64,000 bases of DNA from assembly GCA_037441385.1 (NCBI GenBank), contig JBBISH010000005.1:1-64000 (forward strand), written 5' to 3'. This document shows positions 37,285 to 46,229 of this stretch, piece by piece. Numbering within the stretch: position 1 is the stretch's first letter; the number at the start of each line of letters is the position of its first letter. The DNA comes from Myxococcales bacterium (lineage in GTDB: Bacteria > Myxococcota_A > UBA9042). The position numbers and the translations under genes were made by a program. Below the pieces are notes generated by a model. It did no database searches. It worked only from the letters and a program-made list of their open reading frames with translations, and was not told where the DNA came from.

Positions 37285-38217
37285 ATGAGCAGCCCAGAGA
37301 AGGTCAAGGCCGTCAAAGCTGAAGCCAAAACGGACATCAACAAGATCCAAAAGAAGGCCGAAGCCGACGTCCAAGCCGTCAAGAAGACGGAGGCCGCCGC
37401 CGTCAAGTCGGGCCAAAAGGCCAAGAAAGACGCCGCGGCAGACACCAAGAAGCAGGGCGAGGTGATCGTCGACGTGGCCACGGGCGAGATCCTGGCGCGC
37501 AACGAACAAGCCAAGGCCGTGCTCAAGGCCGAGTACAAGGCCATCGAGATCAAGCCGACCACGGCGACCGGCAAAGACGGCGCGGCGGCGGGCGCCAGCG
37601 ATGGCAGCGGCGGGGCGACCACGGCGGGCAGTCTGGATGCCGACTTGGCCGACCTGGACTTGGCGGCGGCAGCGGCTGGTGCGGCGCTGATTGCCGTGGC
37701 GGCGGCGGCCGTGGATTTCATCTTGGACTTGGCCTTTGGCAAGAGCACTGCGGCGGCCAAGGCGCCCCAGGAGTCGAGCACGGCCAACCGTTCGTTCGAC
37801 TACCGCGGCAACTTCAATTTCCGCATCGAAGTCGGCGGCATCGCAGCGGGCGCCTTCCGCGCCGTGGACGGCCTGTCCACCTCGACGGAACTCATCGAGT
37901 ACCAGGGCGGCGGCGACATGTACGCGCGGCAGATCCCTGGCCGGCCCAAGATTGCCCCGGTGACCTTGAAGAAGGGCTGGGTGGTCAGCGCGGCGCTGTG
38001 GCAGTGGATGCAGGACACGATGGAAGGGCGCTTCTCGTTCCACAACGTGTCCGTGGTGCTGATGGATGACGACGGCCAGACCGATGTGGCGCGGTATGAA
38101 CTGTCGCAGTGCTGGCCTTCGTCGTGGAAGGGCTTCCAGCTCGACGGCATGGGCAACGAGGCGATGGTCGAAGAGCTTGAGCTGCAGGTTCGCGGCATCT
38201 CGCGCGTCGCGCCCTAG
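37285..38217 (+). CDS. Phage tail tube (T4 gp19-like / eCIS tube) domain protein with long N-terminal extension
   Basis: AGGAGG RBS; C-terminal FNFRIEV..AF..VDGL...IEY..G...PGR.K...VTLKKG...LWQW...WPS.W.G..LD...VEELEL. Confidence 0.85.
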   Translation: MSSPEKVKAVKAEAKTDINKIQKKAEADVQAVKKTEAAAVKSGQKAKKDAAADTKKQGEVIVDVATGEILARNEQAKAVLKAEYKAIEIKPTTATGKDGAAAGASDGSGGATTAGSLDADLADLDLAAAAAGAALIAVAAAAVDFILDLAFGKSTAAAKAPQESSTANRSFDYRGNFNFRIEVGGIAAGAFRAVDGLSTSTELIEYQGGGDMYARQIPGRPKIAPVTLKKGWVVSAALWQWMQDTMEGRFSFHNVSVVLMDDDGQTDVARYELSQCWPSSWKGFQLDGMGNEAMVEELELQVRGISRVAP

Positions 38218-38437
38218 CGACGCGACCAATTCCAGCTGATTTGTTCTGGAATGGCCTCTTGCGGCTACGTCCACAGCCCCAAGTGGGGGGCGCGCCACTA
38301 GGTCCGTTCCCCAAGTGGCGCCGGCCCTCCACCCTGGTTGCGCCGGTGCGAGGCGCACGCAGACGTAAACCCGCCTGTGTGGAAAACCTATACGGATCGA
38401 CTTCTTAGCCGGTGCGTTCCCAGCCCTCGTCAATTCC

Positions 38438-39352
38438 GTGAGCAACACCACCTCCAACCCAGACTCGGACCCTTCCCAAGCGGCGGCCAGCACGCTGCCT
38501 CCGGAGGATCTGCGCGCCATCGAGCGAGCCGTCGCCTACCTTGAAGACCCTAGCTTCTTGATGCGGATCGCGAACTTGGTCGGGCGTCCGGCGGACACAC
38601 TGCTGGAGCGGATGCCCGAGCGCGCGCGAAAAATGGTCGCCAAAGCGTCGGAGGCGGCGCTGCGCAAGGCGCTGGACTGGGCCATCGCTTCGCTGGGCGA
38701 CGATGGAGCAACCCCGGGGGTCCACTCCGCTTCTGCCGGTGCGCTGGGCGGACTGGGCGGGTTTTTGGGCTTGGCAGCGCTGCCTATCGAGCTGCCGGCC
38801 ACGACAGTCGTGATGCTGCGCTCGATTGCGGCCATCGCCCGCGCCGAGGGGGCCGACCTGAACGACCCCGAAGTGCGCCTGGAGTGCTTGTCCGTGTTGG
38901 CGATGGGCGGCCAGATGCCGTCGCCGATCGACGCCCGCTTCGAAGGCGAAGAAAGTCCGCTTGCCGACATGGAATCTAGCTACTGGACGGCGCGCCTGGG
39001 GATGGCGATGGCCCTGCGCTCGGCGGCGCGGCAGCTGGGCGGTCTGACGGGCCGGCAGCTCGCGAGCGAAATGGCGGCCGGGGCGACCCCAATGCTGGCT
39101 CGGCTGCTGGGCATGGTGGCGGCGCGGTTCCAGGTGGTGGTGGGCGAAAAGGCGGTGGCGCAAGCTGTGCCGGTGGTGGGCGCGGCCGCAGGCGCCGCTC
39201 TGAATGTCGCCTTCGCCGAGCACTTCAGCATGGTTGCCCGGCATCACTTTGTGCTGCGTCGGCTGGAAAGGCAGCGCGGAGCTGCCGCAGTGCAAGCGGC
39301 CTACGCCCGCGCGCTGGAGCAGCACCGGCAGAAAAAGCTGCAAACCGCTTGA
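38438..39352 (+). CDS. EcsC family protein
   Basis: GALGGLGGFLGLAALPIELPATTVVMLRSIAAIARAEG.DL, KAVAQAVPVVGA..GA.LN..F..HF. Confidence 0.85.
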   Translation: MSNTTSNPDSDPSQAAASTLPPEDLRAIERAVAYLEDPSFLMRIANLVGRPADTLLERMPERARKMVAKASEAALRKALDWAIASLGDDGATPGVHSASAGALGGLGGFLGLAALPIELPATTVVMLRSIAAIARAEGADLNDPEVRLECLSVLAMGGQMPSPIDARFEGEESPLADMESSYWTARLGMAMALRSAARQLGGLTGRQLASEMAAGATPMLARLLGMVAARFQVVVGEKAVAQAVPVVGAAAGAALNVAFAEHFSMVARHHFVLRRLERQRGAAAVQAAYARALEQHRQKKLQTA

Positions 39353-39394
39353 CGATCGCTGGGAGCCCGTGTACGGTACTGAACAGATGTTCTG
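39349..39394 (+). promoter_or_regulatory. lexA promoter (TTGACG-N17-TACGGT) and SOS box CTGAACAGATGTTCTG (39379-39394)
   Basis: Direct reading; near-palindrome also present upstream of recA. Confidence 0.7.
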
Positions 39395-39403
39395 TGGTGA
39401 ACC

Positions 39404-40423
39404 ATGCTCCCTCCTCCTCGCGACATTCGTTCCAAAGGCTCCAATAGCTCGGCGAGAAAGCCCGGCGGCACCCCTAGCACAGACACCCCTAGCACAGACA
39501 CCCCTAGCACAGACACCCCTAGCGCTGGCAGCCCTAGCGCAGGCAAGCCTGGCGCAAGTGTTGGTGGCGATTCGGCCAATGCGGCCGGCCAGCCCCCCAG
39601 CGGCGAAATCCGTGAGGGAGTCGCGCGCGAAGTGGCAGGGCTGACCGAGCGGCAGGACAAGATTCTGCGCTACGTGCAGGAGTTTCAGGTCCAGAACGGC
39701 TTTCCGCCGTCGATCCGCGAGATTGGCGAGTACTTTGGGATCCGCTCGACCAACGGGGTCTCGGATCACCTGCGGGCCTTGGAGCGCAAGGGTTTTCTGC
39801 AACGTTCTGGCCATTTGTCGCGCAGCTTGACCGTTGTGCGTGGAGCCGACGAAGTCGTGGATTCGCGGCCCGAAGTGGTGCCGTACGACCTGCGCGAGCC
39901 CGAGGTGCGCGAGCGGGTCATCCAGCGTGATGACGACGCGGAACTGTCGGGCGGTGACCTGCCCGCCAACGTCCGGCGGCTGCGGCCGGATCGCCAGGTT
40001 CGCCCAACGGTTCCGGACAGCCATGCGCAGAGCCAGATGGTGCCGGTGCTTGGCAAGGTGGCCGCCGGCCTGCCGCTCCTTGCCGTGGAAGAGGCCGAAG
40101 AGACGCTGGTCGTCGACCGCTTCTTGCTGGGTGGCGGACCGGGCGAGGTCTTTGCCTTGCGCGTGGTGGGCGAGTCGATGATCGAAGCCGGCATTCTGCC
40201 CGGCGACTACCTGTTCGTTCGCCGGCGCGACACGGCACAAAACGGCGAAATTGCGGTGGTTTTGCTTAACGGCGAGGCGACCGTCAAGCGCTGGTTCCCA
40301 GAGGGCGACGTCATTCGCCTGCAGCCCGAGAATCGCACGATGCAGCCCATCTATGTCCGGCGCGGCGACCATAGCCAGTGCCGCGTGGTGGGTGTGGTCG
40401 CGGGCGTGTACCGCCGTATGTAG
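39404..40423 (+). CDS. lexA: SOS transcriptional repressor LexA (alternative start GTG 39632)
   Basis: LTERQ..IL, GFPPSIREIG..FGIRSTNGVSDHLRALERKG, VAAG cleavage site, VVGESM, ATVKR, LQPEN. Confidence 0.93.
   Translation: MLPPPRDIRSKGSNSSARKPGGTPSTDTPSTDTPSTDTPSAGSPSAGKPGASVGGDSANAAGQPPSGEIREGVAREVAGLTERQDKILRYVQEFQVQNGFPPSIREIGEYFGIRSTNGVSDHLRALERKGFLQRSGHLSRSLTVVRGADEVVDSRPEVVPYDLREPEVRERVIQRDDDAELSGGDLPANVRRLRPDRQVRPTVPDSHAQSQMVPVLGKVAAGLPLLAVEEAEETLVVDRFLLGGGPGEVFALRVVGESMIEAGILPGDYLFVRRRDTAQNGEIAVVLLNGEATVKRWFPEGDVIRLQPENRTMQPIYVRRGDHSQCRVVGVVAGVYRRM
39469..39558 (+). repeat. 15-bp tandem repeat CACCCCTAGCACAGA (3 exact + 3 degenerate units)
   Basis: Direct reading; translates as TPSTD repeats in the lexA frame. 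Confidence 0.85.
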
Positions 40424-40432
40424 AGTAGCGGC

Positions 40433-41167
40433 TCAGGCAGCAGCTGGCGGGCCACGGCGGTCGATGGCTTCTAGAGCCAAGTCGGGCGCCGTCCAGCCCT
40501 TGGCGATTTCGGCCTCGCTCGCCGCCAAGTAGGCGGGCATGACCGACAGGGCCGGCCCGGCTTCGCCTGCGCACGCCAGCAGCCAGCGCGCCTTGGGCTG
40601 GATGTTTGTGGCGCTCACCTGCAAACCTAGCTGATCCACAACCGTTTCGGGCCAAGCCCCCGCGGCGAGCGCGCCTTGGTGCGGGCGCAGCGCCACCCAC
40701 GCAGGCAGTTCCGTGTCGGCGACCACGGCATGCTCGGCCACGGCCGCGCCGGTGCCGCAGCCGACGTACCACCAGCCGCGCCGCGCCGGCACCAGCGAAA
40801 AGACCCGCGCCGACGGTTGGTCCGTGCTGGCCTCCGCGGCCAGCGCCGCCAGCGACGTGACCGAGGCCAGCGGAAGTTGACTGGCCCAAGCCAGCGCCCG
40901 CACCGTGGCCAACCCCATGCGAAGACTGGTAAACGACCCTGGCCCGCTGTCGACCACCACGCCAGAGAGAGCCGAGATCGCGGTTTCGGCCTGCGTCAGC
41001 AGCAGCTCGATGGCCCCCAGCAGGTCGCGGGCATGGCCGCGCGGTGCCTGCAGTTCCACCTCGCGACCGCCCACGCCGTTCCGCGGACCCACGTACACGC
41101 TCCAGAGCGGCCCAGAAGTGGTCACGGCCAGCCAGAGATCCTTGTTGACTTGCTTTGGTGGATTCAT
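40433..41167 (-). CDS. tsaB: tRNA threonylcarbamoyladenosine biosynthesis protein TsaB
   Basis: LAVTTS, HARDLL..I, GPGSFTSLRMG..TVRALA, VTSLAALA, PAYL. Confidence 0.8.
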   Translation of the reverse strand: MNPPKQVNKDLWLAVTTSGPLWSVYVGPRNGVGGREVELQAPRGHARDLLGAIELLLTQAETAISALSGVVVDSGPGSFTSLRMGLATVRALAWASQLPLASVTSLAALAAEASTDQPSARVFSLVPARRGWWYVGCGTGAAVAEHAVVADTELPAWVALRPHQGALAAGAWPETVVDQLGLQVSATNIQPKARWLLACAGEAGPALSVMPAYLAASEAEIAKGWTAPDLALEAIDRRGPPAAA

Positions 41168-41170
41168 GGC

Positions 41171-43036
41171 TTACTGCATCAAGACGCGTTGGAGATCGTT
41201 CTTCATCACCACCAAGAACAAGATCCCCAGGAAGGTGAGCCCGGCGTAGGCCGCCAGTTGGCGGGTCCGCAGCGACGCCGGCCGGCGGCGCACGCCCTCG
41301 ATCGCCAGGAACAGCAGGTGACCGCCGTCGACTAGCGGAATCGGCAGCAGGTTCAAAATGCCCAGGTTGATGCTGAGCCAGGCGATCAACCGCAACACCG
41401 CTTCGGCGCCGTGATCGGCTGCTTCGCTGGTCATTTGGGCCATGCGCACCACTCCGCCGACCTCTTTGACCGGCACGTTGCCGCGGAACAGCTCGCGCAC
41501 CGTGACCAAGATGACCGTGGCGCCCCGCAGGAACTCCTCGCCGGCCACCTGCATGGCGTGGCGAACCGGACGCGGGTTGCTGACCATCTCGGGTGTGTTG
41601 CGGTCGACCAGGCTCGCCAAGTCCAGCGCCAAATCGGGGCGATCGTTCTTGTCGAGCTGGACCTTGAGCTGCCACTGCGCTGGCCTATCCCACCAGCCGC
41701 GCTCGACCCACATCCGCGCGCTGGGTTGACCCACGAGCCACTTCTCGGTCACGCTGACCGGCTTGGTAGTGCCCAGGACCAGCGCAAGCAGCCGAGTTCG
41801 CTCTACTTCTCGCACCTGGTGGCGCACCAGCAGGGTGTGCGGCACCGCGGCCGCCTGCAGGTGGCTCTGCCGCTGGTCCGGCGACCAGCCCTTGTAGTCC
41901 GGCGAAACCAGCACCGCCTCCAAGGGTCTTTTCTGCCGCTCGATGGCGTCCTCCAGGCTGCCGATGTCGGCGCCGTCCAACTGCAGCAACTCGTCGCCCG
42001 GCTGCAGGCCCACGTGCGTGTCTTCTTGGCTACCTTGAACGATGGGGCCCACCAAGCGATAGCCCGGCCGAAGCCCCAGCTTTGGGGCACTGAACGGCTC
42101 GGGCAAGGTCGCGAAGTTTGCCGTCTTCTCGGCGCCCTTGTGGGCGCTGCGGAACGATTCACGCCATTGGCTCCGCGGCACGGCGCCTTGCAGGGCCAAA
42201 GGCGTGTAGCCAATGGCGAGGTCGCGACCAGGCCCTGCGTTGGCGATGCGCCGCTCCAGCTCGCTCCAGCTCTGCACGGGCTCGCCGTTCACGCTGCGGA
42301 TGCGGTCGCCCGAGCGGATGCCGATCCGATAGGCAAGCGAGTCTTGCTCGACGGCCACGGTGGGCACCATCTCGCCGGGATACAACAGGATCCGGCCCAC
42401 GCGCTCGACCAAACCCACCTCGGCGGCGGCGGCATTGACCACCTCGCGTGGCGTCACGGTACGGGTCTCGACCTTGCCCGCCCGCTCGAACACGACGGGC
42501 GTGGGTTGACCGGCGTGCTTGCTGACTTCGCGCACCAAGTCGTCAAAGCTCTCTACCGGGACTCCACCAAAACTCTGAATACGGTCGCCGGCTTGCAGAC
42601 CGATCTCTGCCGCTGGCCCGCCGGGCACCACGGTCCCGACCCGTGTCGACACCAACTCGTTCTCGTACACGAGCGCGCTACCGAACAAGACGAGCAGCGG
42701 CAACACGAAATTGAACAGCGGCCCGGCGGCGATGATCAGCGAGCGCCGCCACACCGGCTTGTTCTGGAACGCCATGGGATCACGGGCCACTTCCTCGTCG
42801 ATCGGCGCCATCGGGTCGTCGCCCAGCATCCGGACGAAGCCGCCCAAGGGGAGCCAGCGAATGGCATATTCGGTATCGCCGCGCCGCCAGGCCACGAGCG
42901 TGGGGCCAAAGCCGATCGAAAAGGCCAGCACCTTGACGCCCATCCAGCGCGCCACGATGAAGTGCCCGAACTCGTGAAACACCACGAGCAAGCCGAACAC
43001 CAAGATCATGAGGGCTGGCTTGGCAAAAAAATCCAT
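41171..43036 (-). CDS. rseP: RIP metalloprotease RseP with PDZ domains
   Basis: HEFGHF, FSIGFGP, LPLGGFVRM, AGPLFN, PDZ repeats, NLLPIPLVDGGH. Confidence 0.9.
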   Translation of the reverse strand: MDFFAKPALMILVFGLLVVFHEFGHFIVARWMGVKVLAFSIGFGPTLVAWRRGDTEYAIRWLPLGGFVRMLGDDPMAPIDEEVARDPMAFQNKPVWRRSLIIAAGPLFNFVLPLLVLFGSALVYENELVSTRVGTVVPGGPAAEIGLQAGDRIQSFGGVPVESFDDLVREVSKHAGQPTPVVFERAGKVETRTVTPREVVNAAAAEVGLVERVGRILLYPGEMVPTVAVEQDSLAYRIGIRSGDRIRSVNGEPVQSWSELERRIANAGPGRDLAIGYTPLALQGAVPRSQWRESFRSAHKGAEKTANFATLPEPFSAPKLGLRPGYRLVGPIVQGSQEDTHVGLQPGDELLQLDGADIGSLEDAIERQKRPLEAVLVSPDYKGWSPDQRQSHLQAAAVPHTLLVRHQVREVERTRLLALVLGTTKPVSVTEKWLVGQPSARMWVERGWWDRPAQWQLKVQLDKNDRPDLALDLASLVDRNTPEMVSNPRPVRHAMQVAGEEFLRGATVILVTVRELFRGNVPVKEVGGVVRMAQMTSEAADHGAEAVLRLIAWLSINLGILNLLPIPLVDGGHLLFLAIEGVRRRPASLRTRQLAAYAGLTFLGILFLVVMKNDLQRVLMQ

Positions 43037-43278
43037 GTATCTCCGTACATTGCCCGGCGTCTGCGGAGGGACGCGCCGGGAGAGGGATGGGTGCCGACCC
43101 GCGCCGTGCGCCGACCCCCGTTGCAGTTTGAGCGACGCCCGGCACTGACGCAAGCGCCAAGCCGCGCTGGGGCAACGTAATCCGCGGTGGCCGTTGCGCA
43201 AGTCGGGTCTCAGGCGTACCCTTTGACGGTTGCGGCCGCCGCTTGGCGAGCCAAGAGCACAGGGAGAAACGGGCCAGC

Positions 43279-45117
43279 ATGTCGATGAAACTCTTGAATA
43301 GGTCGAGTCGCCAACCCTTGCGGACGCCGCTGCGCTCGGCGATCGTGCTGCTGCTTGCGGCCAGCGGATGCGCCGACGCGATCCCCGAGGCCAACCAGGA
43401 CCAAGGTGGCATCGGCCTTTGGTTTGCGGCCCTGGCCGACGGCACGTGCAGCGCGACCACCAACGGCACCAAGCAAGTGCCGGCCGGCGTAGAGACGCTG
43501 GTGGCGCAATGGACCGCCCTTGTCCAAGAGAACGGCGGCGTGGTCAAGAAGACCGGCACCGCCAAGGCCACCAAAGCCCAAGCGGCCGACTCTCGCTGGG
43601 AGATCAAGAACATCCCGGCGACGGATAACCTCCAGATCGACATCTACGGCTGCGGCGCGGACAAGAAGCTCGCCTATGCCGGGCGGACCGACGGCGTGCA
43701 AATCCAGTCGGGCAAGAAGCAGACCGCGCATGTCTTTATGGCGCCGGTGGGCGATTTGGGGTGCGCCGGCAGCCCGCTGGGGGCCGCCAAGCTGGTCGCG
43801 CCGCGCTCGATGGCGGGCTGGGCGGTGTTGCCGACCGGCGACGTGGTGGTGGCCGGCGGTATGGGCACCTGGGACAAGGATCAGGCCGAAGGGGCCGGCT
43901 CGAACGCCCTGGACTACTATGACCAGCGCGCCGGCCACTTCAAGCCGGGCTGGAATGCGCACTTGGGTGTGGCCCGCATTCAGCCGCATGTGCTGCCTTT
44001 GGGCGCCGACAGCAGCCACGTGCTGGTCGTGGGCGGCTGGCTCAAAGCCAAGCGCTTGAGCGGTGATGCTCAGCTGGCGATGCCGCTGCTGGGGCCACCG
44101 TCGCTCAAAGAAGCGCTGCCCGCCACCAAGGCCGAGCTGGTCACCGTCACCGACCCGCCCTCGTCGACGGCGAGCCCGGTCGATCCGGGTGTCGGCACGG
44201 CGGTGCTGTCGTCGTCCGTGTCGACCGGCAAGTCGATCCTTTTCGTGGGCGGCCAGCAGCAAGGTGGCCAAATCATGGATGTTGCCACGCGGCTCCGCGA
44301 CTTGCCTGGGGTGGCGAAGGGAGGCGCAGGCATCACAGAGAGCAACATCAAGCTCAACGTCCCGCGGCTCAAGCCGGCGCTGATGACGTTCCCAGGGGAC
44401 GAAACCGTCCTTGTTTGGGGCGGTATGGCCCCGGCCGGCACAACCGGCGGCAACGTCAACATGGGCGAGTTGGTGTTGGACACCAACCAGGCCCAGCTCT
44501 TGAAGCTTGCGGGGAACGCCGCGCTGATCGCCGACCCGAACCTGAACACGATCGCCCCCAGCGCGACCTACCTGAACCGTGCGGCGGGCGTGGTCACGTT
44601 CCTGGTGGCGGGCGGCGTGCAAAAGTCCAGCCTTAGCGCGGACAAAGCGCTGACGTACCTGGTCCGCGTGGACAAGGCGGCGGGTACGGCCGAGCTGCGG
44701 CCTTTCAACATCGCGGGCGGGACGGCGGTGCGCGCTGGCCTATTTGGCATGGCCGTGCCCCTGGACGGCCGCCGCGTGCTGGTGGGGGGCGGGTTGATGT
44801 CGGTGACCGGTGCCGTCCCGGGCGTCTGCGATACTTTGGGCGCGGGCGAAGACTGCGCGCTGGGATCGACTTGGGTGGTGCGCGCGCCCGCGGACCTGCC
44901 CGCTGGCGACGGCGCAGTCGACCTGGAAGTGCTGGCCACCCAGGCGCTTGCCACGGCTCGCTTTGGTATGGTGGGCGCGCCCCTGCCGTTGGGCGTGCTG
45001 CTGGCTGCCGGCCAGAAGACCACCACGGGTGCCAGCGATGCCGCGACCCTGTCCGACGTGGGCGCCGTGCTCACCGTGGTGCCGCCGGATCTGGACGCGA
45101 CCGCAATTTGCAAGTAG
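43279..45117 (+). CDS. Hypothetical lipoprotein with Kelch-like propeller repeats
   Basis: Lipobox ASGC; repeated VVVAGG/VLVVGG/ILFVGG/VLVWGG motifs. Confidence 0.65.
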   Translation: MSMKLLNRSSRQPLRTPLRSAIVLLLAASGCADAIPEANQDQGGIGLWFAALADGTCSATTNGTKQVPAGVETLVAQWTALVQENGGVVKKTGTAKATKAQAADSRWEIKNIPATDNLQIDIYGCGADKKLAYAGRTDGVQIQSGKKQTAHVFMAPVGDLGCAGSPLGAAKLVAPRSMAGWAVLPTGDVVVAGGMGTWDKDQAEGAGSNALDYYDQRAGHFKPGWNAHLGVARIQPHVLPLGADSSHVLVVGGWLKAKRLSGDAQLAMPLLGPPSLKEALPATKAELVTVTDPPSSTASPVDPGVGTAVLSSSVSTGKSILFVGGQQQGGQIMDVATRLRDLPGVAKGGAGITESNIKLNVPRLKPALMTFPGDETVLVWGGMAPAGTTGGNVNMGELVLDTNQAQLLKLAGNAALIADPNLNTIAPSATYLNRAAGVVTFLVAGGVQKSSLSADKALTYLVRVDKAAGTAELRPFNIAGGTAVRAGLFGMAVPLDGRRVLVGGGLMSVTGAVPGVCDTLGAGEDCALGSTWVVRAPADLPAGDGAVDLEVLATQALATARFGMVGAPLPLGVLLAAGQKTTTGASDAATLSDVGAVLTVVPPDLDATAICK

Positions 45118-45141
45118 TGCGGCACCGGGCGAAGTTGGAAC

Positions 45142-46080
45142 ATGCGAATTTCAGTCGAAAAGACGGCGCTTCTCCGCCAGCGCCAGGGCGGTGCTCGCCA
45201 GCGCCTGCCCGAGTGGCTGCGCGCCCCACTTCCAGGCGGCGAGCGCTATGCCGGCATCAAGGCGCGCTTGCGCGACCGAGGCCTGCACACCGTTTGCGAA
45301 GAGGCGCAGTGCCCCAACATCGGCGAGTGCTGGAACGAGGGCACCGCGACCATGATGCTCATGGGCGACACCTGTACCCGCACGTGCCGCTTTTGTGCCA
45401 TCAAATCCAGTCCGCGGCCGGCCTCGCTGGACCCGCGCGAGCCCCAGCAGGCCGCCGAGCAAGTCGCGCTGATGGGGCTGGACTACGTTGTGCTGACCAG
45501 CGTGAACCGCGACGACCTGCCCGATGGGGGCGCCGAGCATTTTGCCCAGACCGTGCGCGCCATTGCGGCCCGTTCGCCGGCGACGCTCATCGAAGTGCTC
45601 ACCCCCGACTTTGAAGGCCACCTGGACGACGTCGCGACCGTGGTTCGCGCTGGGCCCCATGTGTTCGCCCACAATGTCGAGGTCGTACAGGAACTGCAGG
45701 GGCTCATCCGCGACCGCCGCGCCACTTGGCGGCAGAGCCTGGCTGTGCTGGCGCACGCCAAGCAGGTTCGCCCGGACGTGGTGACCAAGACCTCGATCAT
45801 GTTGGGGATTGGCGAGGAAGCCGAGCAAGTGGAGGCGGCCCTGGTCGCGCTGCGCGCGCACGCGGTCGACGCCGTGACCTTTGGCCAGTACTTGCGGCCA
45901 AGTCCGTGGCACGCCGAGGTGCGCCGCTTTGTCGAGCCCAGCGAGTTTGATCACTGGCGGCAGCGGGCGAGCGACCTTGGCTTTGCCTATTGCGCCTCGG
46001 GGCCCCTGGTGCGGTCGAGCTATCGCGCGGGCGAGCACTACTTGCGTTCGGTGGTCGCTCAACGGGCTGACGGCGACTAG
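45142..46080 (+). CDS. lipA: Lipoyl synthase
   Basis: LHTVCEEAQCPNIGECW, CTRTCRFC, VLTSVNRDDL, GQYLRP, PLVRSSY. Confidence 0.95.
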   Translation: MRISVEKTALLRQRQGGARQRLPEWLRAPLPGGERYAGIKARLRDRGLHTVCEEAQCPNIGECWNEGTATMMLMGDTCTRTCRFCAIKSSPRPASLDPREPQQAAEQVALMGLDYVVLTSVNRDDLPDGGAEHFAQTVRAIAARSPATLIEVLTPDFEGHLDDVATVVRAGPHVFAHNVEVVQELQGLIRDRRATWRQSLAVLAHAKQVRPDVVTKTSIMLGIGEEAEQVEAALVALRAHAVDAVTFGQYLRPSPWHAEVRRFVEPSEFDHWRQRASDLGFAYCASGPLVRSSYRAGEHYLRSVVAQRADGD

Positions 46081-46226
46081 CGCACCGATCAGAAACCCGA
46101 ACCTGCGGACCAACGTCGCGGCGGGTCGCGCTGGCGCCCGCTTGCGACCCACTGAGCATCAACGAGTTTTCGCAAGCGGGTCGCTCCGTTGCTCTGAACC
46201 TTAAGAATTTGTGGTTGCTGTTCTAA
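46077..46226. mobile_element. MITE-like repeat family B, copy without nested insert
   Basis: CTAG-CGCACCGATCAGAAA ... TTTGTGGTTGCTGTT-CTAA; homologous to 14551-14850 minus the family-A insert. Confidence 0.75.
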
Positions 46227-46229
46227 CAG

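Noticed and set aside
37285..38217. Prophage call based on the tail tube gene
   Set aside because: No integrase, capsid, terminase or other phage genes nearby.
38220..38430. Repeated CCCCAAGTGG, a CTAG-flanked segment and a single TGTGGAAAA box
   Set aside because: Too short; no matching second end or further copy in the window, and one DnaA-like box does not indicate an origin.
39469..39558. Tandem repeats here and at 13487-13558 and 58825-58926 as possible CRISPR arrays
   Set aside because: Head-to-tail units with no unique spacers, and no cas genes.
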